NCBI GenBank assembly: GCA_963777605.1
Contig: CAVZRV010000008.1
Span: forward strand, 192,001 to 256,000
Source: an uncultured Acidobacteriota bacterium
Lineage (GTDB): Bacteria > Acidobacteriota > UBA6911 > RPQK01 > JAPXNP01
Reading direction: 5' to 3'
Length of the DNA stretch: 64,000 nucleotides
The position numbers and the translations under genes are program-made. The first letter of the stretch is position 1. Each line of letters opens with the position of its first letter. Shown one piece after another: positions 58,014-64,000 of this stretch. The notes beneath the pieces are model-generated. The model worked only from the letters and a program-made list of their open reading frames with translations. It was not told the DNA's origin and did not search any database.

Positions 58014-59041
58014 GTATCGCGCGCAAGCACGACCTGACACTTTCCACTTCACCCTTTCTCCACGCCCAGTCCACGACGCCGCGGATCATGGCCGACGTGC
58101 TGTTGGCGACGGTCCCGGTGATCCTGGCTGCGTGCTGGTTTTTCGGACTGGGCATTCTGCTCGTGGTCGCAGCTGCCACAGCCGGGGCGGTCTTTACCGA
58201 GTGGATCTTTACCCGGGGGCAACACCCCAGCCCTCTAGTCGACAACAGCGCGTTGCTCACCGGAGTTCTTTTGGGATTGGTATTGCCGCCGAGCTTTCCA
58301 CTCTGGATGGCCTTTCTCGGCGGAGTGGCCGCAATCGGGCTGGGCAAACTGATCTGGGGTGGACTCGGACAGAATGTTTTCAATCCGGCGCTGGTAGGAA
58401 GGGCCTTCCTCCAGGCGTCGTTTCCGACCGCCATTACCAGCTGGACGGCCCCGTCTCAGGGGCTCTTCTCCGTGCCCGCGAAGATCTTCACGGTTCCGCT
58501 CATGCAATCGACGGCGGACACGGTGTCGGCGGCGACTCCACTGGGTTTGTTCAAATTCTCCAGCGAGTTCACCGATGTCGTGTCGCTTTTTATCGGAAAG
58601 ATCGGCGGCTCAATTGGCGAGACGAGTGCCCTGATTCTGATCCTGTGCGGTCTTTGGCTCGGATTCAAGCGAATTTTCGACTGGCGGCTCCCGGCCAGCA
58701 CCCTTTTGTCCGTCGCCGTATTCAGTGGAATCTTCTGGGCCTGGAACCCGAGCAAATTTCCGAGTCCTCTGTTCATGTTGTTTTCCGGCGGAATTCTGTT
58801 TGCCGCGGTATTTATGGTGACCGATCCAGTCTCGACTCCGACTACCCGTAAGGGCGCCTGGATATTCGGGATTGGTGTCGGATTCCTGGTTGTGATCATC
58901 CGGCTCTTCGGCGGACTCCCGGAAGGTGTCATGTACGCGATTCTCTTGATGAACGCGGTGAACCCTTATATCAATCATTACACTCAGCCTCGCATTTTCG
59001 GCGGGGCCAAGAAGAAGTTGGCCGGAGCCGAAGGGAAATGA
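58010..59041 (+). CDS. rnfD: Rnf complex subunit D
   Basis: SPFLH...IMADV, DNSALLTG, GGLGQNVFNPA, FMN site SAATP, GSIGETS, MVTDPVS, PEGVMYAILLMN. Confidence 0.96.
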   Translation: MSIARKHDLTLSTSPFLHAQSTTPRIMADVLLATVPVILAACWFFGLGILLVVAAATAGAVFTEWIFTRGQHPSPLVDNSALLTGVLLGLVLPPSFPLWMAFLGGVAAIGLGKLIWGGLGQNVFNPALVGRAFLQASFPTAITSWTAPSQGLFSVPAKIFTVPLMQSTADTVSAATPLGLFKFSSEFTDVVSLFIGKIGGSIGETSALILILCGLWLGFKRIFDWRLPASTLLSVAVFSGIFWAWNPSKFPSPLFMLFSGGILFAAVFMVTDPVSTPTTRKGAWIFGIGVGFLVVIIRLFGGLPEGVMYAILLMNAVNPYINHYTQPRIFGGAKKKLAGAEGK

Positions 59042-59098
59042 TGATGCGCTCCAGTAGTTGCACAGGTTGGACGCGCTGATTTGAGAGGAGCGTGAATA

Positions 59099-59740
59099 AT
59101 GAGTTCAGCAAAACGACCAGGACCGGCACGGCTGATTCTGACCCTCGGGGGGGCCGGATTCATCTCGGGGTTGCTCCTGGTAACCGTATACCTGGCCACC
59201 AAGCCGATCATCGAGCGAAACCAGGCCGAAGCTCTGGAGGCCGCAATCTATCGAGTTGTCCCGGGATCAACTACGCGAAAGGCATTTGAGCTGAAAGACG
59301 GCAAGCTGGTTGCCGTTGAGTCGAGCGGAAACGCGCTGCCTTCCGGCGAGGTGATCTACGGGGCCTACAATGACCAGGACCAGTTGCTCGGCTATGCCAT
59401 CCCGACCGAAGGAGCCGGTTTCCAGGACACCATCAAGCTTATCTACGGATTTGATCCCCACGACCAGAAGATTGTTGGAATGGAAGTCCTGGACAGTCGG
59501 GAGACTCCGGGACTTGGCGACAAGATCAGCAAGGATCAGCACTTCCTGGACAACTTCAAGGACCTTGCCGTGGAACCAGAGGTGGTCGCGGTGAAATCGG
59601 GGACAAAGACCAAGCAGAATGAAGTCGACTCGATCAGCGGTGCCACGATTTCGTCCAAGGCCGTAGCCAAGATTATCGAACAGGCCAATCTCCGCTACCT
59701 TCCGGCTATTAACGCGGCCCCACAGGAGCAATCGAAATGA
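59099..59740 (+). CDS. rnfG: Rnf complex subunit G (FMN-binding)
   Basis: N-terminal TM, GFQDTI, ETPGLG, covalent FMN motif DSISGATISS. Confidence 0.93.
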   Translation: MSSAKRPGPARLILTLGGAGFISGLLLVTVYLATKPIIERNQAEALEAAIYRVVPGSTTRKAFELKDGKLVAVESSGNALPSGEVIYGAYNDQDQLLGYAIPTEGAGFQDTIKLIYGFDPHDQKIVGMEVLDSRETPGLGDKISKDQHFLDNFKDLAVEPEVVAVKSGTKTKQNEVDSISGATISSKAVAKIIEQANLRYLPAINAAPQEQSK

Positions 59741-60378
59741 GTACGCGAGAGAGGTTATACGACGAGACGGTCAAGGGATTCTGGAAAGAGAACCCGGTTT
59801 TCGTACAGTTGCTGGGCCTGTGTCCTGCCCTGGCCGTCACGAATTCGGCAATAAACGGGCTCGCCATGGGCTCGGCTACAACGTTCGTTCTGGTGGGTTC
59901 CAGTTTCCTGGTTGGATTGCTGAGGAACCAGATCCCCAAACAGGTCCGGATTACCAGCTTTATCGTTATCATCGCGACCTTTGTAACTGTTGCCGACCTG
60001 ACCCTCCAGGCCATGTTGCCCACCGTTCACAAAGAACTGGGTGCGTTCATCGCGCTGATCGTCGTCAACTGCATCATCCTTGGCCGCCAGGAAGCGTTTG
60101 CGTCGCGCAACCCGCTCGGCCTGGCCTTAGGAGATGCCTTCGGAATGTCTCTGGGGTTCACCTTTGCCCTGCTGACCGTGGGCAGCATCCGTGAAATCCT
60201 TGGATCCGGATCCCTGTTCGGTTATGACCTCTTCGCGGGCCACTTCGAGCCCTGGGTCATCATGATCCTGCCCCCGGGCGGATTTCTCACCCTGGGAGTG
60301 CTGCTCATAATCTTTGCGCAGGTCAAGAAGAACCGCGCCCTCAAGGCTGCCATGCGACTCGAGAAGGAGGCCGCATAA
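59737..60378 (+). CDS. rnfE: Rnf complex subunit E
   Basis: ENPVFVQLLGLCPALAVT, LIVVNCIILGRQEAFA, IREILGSG, ILPPGGF. Confidence 0.96.
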   Translation: MSTRERLYDETVKGFWKENPVFVQLLGLCPALAVTNSAINGLAMGSATTFVLVGSSFLVGLLRNQIPKQVRITSFIVIIATFVTVADLTLQAMLPTVHKELGAFIALIVVNCIILGRQEAFASRNPLGLALGDAFGMSLGFTFALLTVGSIREILGSGSLFGYDLFAGHFEPWVIMILPPGGFLTLGVLLIIFAQVKKNRALKAAMRLEKEAA

Positions 60379-60956
60379 TGGGAAACTACCTCTGGATTTT
60401 CGTCTCGGCGGCGATTATCAACAACTTCACCCTGGCCTACTTTCTCGGGCTCTGTCCATTTTTCGGAGTCAGCAAGAAGATTGAGACCGCCTTTCGACTC
60501 GGCCTTGCGAACATCTTTGTCATGGTGATCACGTCGGTTTGCGCCTGGGCGCTGAACACGTTCGTGCTCCCCTACGCGCCATATCTCCGGCTGATGACCT
60601 TCATTGTGGTTATCGCGAGTACCGTTCAGTTCGTGGAGATGGTGATCAAGAAGCTGAGCCCCGCACTGTTCAAGGCGCTTGGGATCTACCTTCCCCTGAT
60701 CACGACGAACTGTGCCATCCTGGCGCTGGCGCTGTTTCAGACCAACCGGGGCTACGGGTTCGGCGAAGGCCTCGTGTTCGCGGTCGGTGCCGGCGTTGGC
60801 CTGACCCTCGCTCTGGTTCTCATGGCGGGTGTCCGGGAGGAAGCCGAACTCTCGACTATCCCTGACGTTCTGCAGGGCGCCGGCATGGCTTTTCTGATTG
60901 CCGGGATCCTCTCCATGGCCTTCATGGGCTTTGCCGGGCTTTTCAGCGGAGCTTAG
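60378..60956 (+). CDS. rnfA: Rnf complex subunit A
   Basis: NNFTLAYFLGLCPFFGVS, VQFVEM, LGIYLPLITTNCAIL, AGILSMAFMGF. Confidence 0.96.
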   Translation: MGNYLWIFVSAAIINNFTLAYFLGLCPFFGVSKKIETAFRLGLANIFVMVITSVCAWALNTFVLPYAPYLRLMTFIVVIASTVQFVEMVIKKLSPALFKALGIYLPLITTNCAILALALFQTNRGYGFGEGLVFAVGAGVGLTLALVLMAGVREEAELSTIPDVLQGAGMAFLIAGILSMAFMGFAGLFSGA

Positions 60957-60960
60957 CAAG

Positions 60961-61167
60961 ATGTGGAGCTACCTGATCGTCGCTGTTCTCCTGGGGCTTG
61001 CCTGCATCGTTTTCGGACTCCTGCGGGCGGACGTCAGCGAGGACGAAGATAGCCACTGTGAACCGGGTGATTGCCACGGCTGCTCGGAACACCACCGGTG
61101 CGGAGATGACTTTTCGTTCCATCAGCCGATGACTGATCCGAGGGAACTGTTTCGAAACCGAAAGTGA
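60961..61167 (+). CDS. Small membrane-anchored Cys/His-rich protein (68 aa) closing the Rnf operon
   Basis: MWSYLIVAVLLGLACIVFGLL TM helix followed by HCEPGDCHGCSEHHRC; starts 4 nt after the rnfA stop. Confidence 0.6.
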   Translation: MWSYLIVAVLLGLACIVFGLLRADVSEDEDSHCEPGDCHGCSEHHRCGDDFSFHQPMTDPRELFRNRK

Positions 61168-61209
61168 TTTCCACGGCCGCCTGACTCGGCGCCCGTGCGG
61201 GAGATGACA

Positions 61210-61605
61210 CTAGCCGTTGACCAGATATTCGTCGATGAGGGCCTTGGCTTCGGCGATCTGGTCGGTTCCTATTGCCACGAAGGCGAAGTCGTGCTCCCGA
61301 CGGATGAATCGGACACTCCTCAGGTCGATGTTGGCCTCTTTGAGGCGCATCGCAACTTTAGCCAGTGCGCCCGGCTCATCTTTGAGCCGAACCAGCAGTG
61401 CGTCCTCGGTGATTGCCTGAAATCCGGCGTCGCGGAGACTTTCGAGTGCGTCGTTGTAGCGATCGACGGTCAGTTCTACGATGGCGGTGTCTTGAACTTC
61501 CTCAGCGTCGATCGTCTCAATGTTGATCCCCCGCGCAGCCAGCACAGCAGAGATATCCGCCAACAGCCCGGCACGGTTCGCGGTGACCACCGCTATCGAT
61601 CTCAT
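61210..61605 (-). CDS. Tandem ACT-domain protein
   Basis: NRAGLLADISAVLAARGINI and DEPGALAKVAMRLKEANIDL; AGGAG SD. Confidence 0.9.
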   Translation of the reverse strand: MRSIAVVTANRAGLLADISAVLAARGINIETIDAEEVQDTAIVELTVDRYNDALESLRDAGFQAITEDALLVRLKDEPGALAKVAMRLKEANIDLRSVRFIRREHDFAFVAIGTDQIAEAKALIDEYLVNG

Positions 61606-61629
61606 TTCGTTCTCCTGTCTGCTTCTTTC

Positions 61630-62805
61630 TTAATCGACCAGAGAAGCGGCGCGGTCTCTAACGGCATCCTCCGCAGCCTGGGCTGCGACAATCTCCTCGA
61701 TCAATCGGGTAATCTGTTCTCGGGAAATTGTCTGCATCACGACGATGTGAGCACGATTGCCCTGAACCGCAATCTGCCATTTGGCCAGAACGGATGCGGG
61801 TGGCCGCTCGAACACCACCGTGATGGAGTAGGGGTTCATCCAGGCCTTGATTCCATTTTCCAGGAACCGCTCGACCGCCCAAGCCGCCTTCTCGCGGCAT
61901 TCCTTCACTTCGCGCCGAAACCCCACCTCGCCGATAGTCCGGACGGCGTACCAGAGGAAAAGCGGCGCCAGGCCGTTCCGGGACCCGGTCAAGGTCGTGT
62001 CGAGGGTCCCGACGTATTCGATCGAACGGGCAATTCGATTCACGTATTCCTTCTTCGCCAGAACAATGCCACACGGGAACGGGGAGCCGATGAACTTGTG
62101 CCCGCTGACCGACACGCTGTCGATCCCGGCGCGGAAATCGAAGACGGGGGCGTCATCAATGAACGGAAGTGTCATCCCGCAGAGGGCGGCATCGACATGA
62201 ACGTAGTAGAGGTGGATTGCCAGGTCCTTGAGCATCCGTTGGATGCGCCTGATGTCGTCCTTCGCCTCGGTCATCGTGGTTCCGACGTTGGCGAATATGA
62301 TCGGGGGGACGTCCCGGTGGATCTCCAGGGTCCGATACAGGTCCTCGTAGTCGATTTCTCCGTTCGGCTGCGCCTTGATCATGATGTGTCGCATGTTCAG
62401 CACGCGAAGGTTCTTGGAAACGCTGTAATGGGTGTCCTCCGAGTAGTAGACGACTCCCTGCGGGAACAGCTCCCGGGCCAGAAAGAGCCCGTAGATGTTC
62501 CCTTCCGTGCCCCCGTTGGTCACGTAACCCCAAAAGGAGCCCTCTTCAACGTGGTGGAGACGGGCAAACCATTCCAGCACCTCCCTCTCGATCTCCCGGG
62601 TGTGGACCCGATAGCTGCACGGCGCAAAGGGATCTCCCAGGTTGTTGACGGGATAGTAGAGGAAGTCGAACAACTCGGAGTAGTCGAAGTAGCCGCGACA
62701 GGGGTATCCCACAAAAGTACCGGCCTGCTCGCGAATGTAATCGAGCATCCGATCCAGGCGATCGCGATCTTCCGGCGACAGGGAAGTTCCTCCGGCGCGT
62801 GTCAT
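61630..62805 (-). CDS. PLP-dependent histidine decarboxylase family protein (HDC/serine-decarboxylase clade)
   Basis: FVGYP, NNLGDPF, WGYVTNGGTEGN, DTHYSV, ANVGTTM, HVDAALCG, SVSGHKFIGSPFPCG, TLTGSRNG. Confidence 0.9.
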   Translation of the reverse strand: MTRAGGTSLSPEDRDRLDRMLDYIREQAGTFVGYPCRGYFDYSELFDFLYYPVNNLGDPFAPCSYRVHTREIEREVLEWFARLHHVEEGSFWGYVTNGGTEGNIYGLFLARELFPQGVVYYSEDTHYSVSKNLRVLNMRHIMIKAQPNGEIDYEDLYRTLEIHRDVPPIIFANVGTTMTEAKDDIRRIQRMLKDLAIHLYYVHVDAALCGMTLPFIDDAPVFDFRAGIDSVSVSGHKFIGSPFPCGIVLAKKEYVNRIARSIEYVGTLDTTLTGSRNGLAPLFLWYAVRTIGEVGFRREVKECREKAAWAVERFLENGIKAWMNPYSITVVFERPPASVLAKWQIAVQGNRAHIVVMQTISREQITRLIEEIVAAQAAEDAVRDRAASLVD

Positions 62806-62845
62806 CCTCGGCTCCTTCCGAATTCACTGGTTCGATCCCAGCATA

Positions 62846-62862
62846 GCCGATTTCAAATCGGC
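62846..62862. promoter_or_regulatory. 17-bp palindrome GCCGATTT-C-AAATCGGC abutting a minus-strand -10 (TATGCT, 62840-62845)
   Basis: Perfect 8-bp inverted repeat in the divergent region between the decarboxylase and the symporter. Confidence 0.5.
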
Positions 62863-62997
62863 CGCCTAGTGACAGGACGCCGGCCTGCCTGCGTGCCTGT
62901 TGATTAAATCCGGCTGCTGTCGGAGGATGATCGAAATGGAATGGTTCTGCGCTGAGCAAAGGGATCTCACTGACGGGACAAACGGGCGCTGTCACTC

Positions 62998-64000
62998 ATG
63001 GAACTGAGCTTCTCCGATCTGATTGTTTTCGCCGTCTTTTACGGGTTGATCATCGCGGTCAGCATCTTCAAAAGCCGCCGGGAAAGGGACAGCACGGACT
63101 ATTTCCTGGCGGGGCATTCTCTCTCCTGGCCGCTGATTGGCATCTCGATTGTGGCAGCGAATCTCTCCACCGAGCAGTTCGTAGGGATGGCCGGACAGGG
63201 TGCCGGAGATGTCGGACTGGCCGTCAGCGCGTGGCAACTCACCGGGTCCGTCGGGATTGTCGTGGTCGCCTTTACCCTCCTGCCCAGGTTCCTGCGGGCG
63301 GGAATCTACACCATGCCCGAGTTTCTTGAATACCGCTACAATGCGACGGCCCGGTCGATCATGGCCTTGACCACCGTTGTGATCTACGTCTGCGTCCTCC
63401 TCACAACGGTGCTCTATTCGGGTGGACTCACGCTACGGACGATCTTCGGCATTCCGCTCACCTGGGGGATTGCCGCGATTGCGCTGATCGCCACGCTCTA
63501 CACGTTCTGGGGAGGACTCAAGGCAGTGGCCTGGGCCGATCTCTTCCAGGGTCTGGCACTCCTGGCGGGAGGCGTTCTGACGTTCTTCCTGGGACTCCAT
63601 GCCTGCGGGGGCTGGGACGTTTTCGCCGCACAGAACGCGGACCGACTCCACATCCTGCTGCCGTCCAACGATGCCCAGCTTCCCTGGACCGGAGTTGCGT
63701 CGGGGATGTGGATCGTCATTCTCTACTACTGCGGACTCAACCAGTTCATCGTCCAGCGCAACCTGGCCGCGCGCAGCCTTCGGGACGGGCAGATCGGCGT
63801 GATCTTTGCCGGTGCGCTCTGGTTGCTGGTCCCGTTTGCGATCGTGATGCCCGGGATCATGGCGGAACAACTCTATGGCGGAGAGATGGCTCGGCCGGAC
63901 GAGGCTTATCCCATGCTCATCAAGAGCCTGGTTCCCGTCGGATGGCGCGGATTCATGTTCGCCGCCATCGCCGGTGCCGTCATTTCATCCCTCGCCTCAA
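62998..64000 (+). CDS. Sodium:solute symporter (SSS family), truncated by the window end
   Basis: Manual translation from ATG 62998: MELSFSDLIVFAVFYGLII...STDYFLAGHSLSWPLIGISIVAANLSTEQFVGMAG...IYTMPEFLEYRY...GGLKAVAWAD...NQFIVQRNLAA; open to the end of the window. Confidence 0.92.
   Translation, partial: MELSFSDLIVFAVFYGLIIAVSIFKSRRERDSTDYFLAGHSLSWPLIGISIVAANLSTEQFVGMAGQGAGDVGLAVSAWQLTGSVGIVVVAFTLLPRFLRAGIYTMPEFLEYRYNATARSIMALTTVVIYVCVLLTTVLYSGGLTLRTIFGIPLTWGIAAIALIATLYTFWGGLKAVAWADLFQGLALLAGGVLTFFLGLHACGGWDVFAAQNADRLHILLPSNDAQLPWTGVASGMWIVILYYCGLNQFIVQRNLAARSLRDGQIGVIFAGALWLLVPFAIVMPGIMAEQLYGGEMARPDEAYPMLIKSLVPVGWRGFMFAAIAGAVISSLAS

Noticed and set aside
43414-62805. Ethanolamine/phosphatidylcholine pathway linking the PmtA-like methyltransferase and the serine-decarboxylase-like gene
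   Set aside because: The genes are 17 kb apart in separate transcription units, and neither substrate can be established from sequence.
61195-62907. 570-aa plus-strand ORF spanning the ACT and decarboxylase genes
   Set aside because: Antisense shadow of two well-supported genes with no recognisable domain. The same applies to 3530..4858, 34010..35380, 52411..53757 and 54118..55563.
1-64000. CRISPR arrays, tRNA/rRNA genes, transposases, integrases, prophage genes
   Set aside because: By eye I found no regularly spaced direct repeats, cloverleaf or rRNA signatures, or recombinase, transposase or phage motifs; short or degenerate elements could have been missed.

Overview
GC-rich bacterial chromosomal window. 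Acidobacteriota is likely, based on the CRTAC1/ASPIC-type FG-GAP protein, the Oar-like TonB-dependent receptor and the set of Tat and lipoprotein hydrolases. The first 43 kb is a mosaic: carbohydrate and sulfate-ester catabolic genes (two sulfatases, GH42-like, GH29 fucosidase, GHL6-like, esterase, enolase-superfamily dehydratase, SDR), recQ, an orphan multi-PAS/GAF histidine kinase, a membrane-anchored Mre11/Rad50-like (YhaO/YhaN-type) pair, a PLP decarboxylase, a roughly 1600-aa secreted protein with an equal-length tandem C-terminal domain duplication, and an ABC-2 transporter. The main feature is a tightly packed 16.4-kb operon (44734-61167). It joins a motif-intact 2-oxoacid:ferredoxin oxidoreductase (alpha/beta) to two giant PFOR-like paralogs that have lost the TPP-binding and catalytic motifs but keep ferredoxin-type Fe-S motifs, interleaved with a complete rnfB/CDGEA set. 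This is a candidate pseudoenzyme-scaffolded OFOR-Rnf energy-conserving complex. The window ends with an ACT protein, a histidine-decarboxylase-family gene and a truncated sodium:solute symporter. Several 1-nt frameshifts look like long-read assembly errors. I saw no rRNA, tRNA, CRISPR array or transposase.
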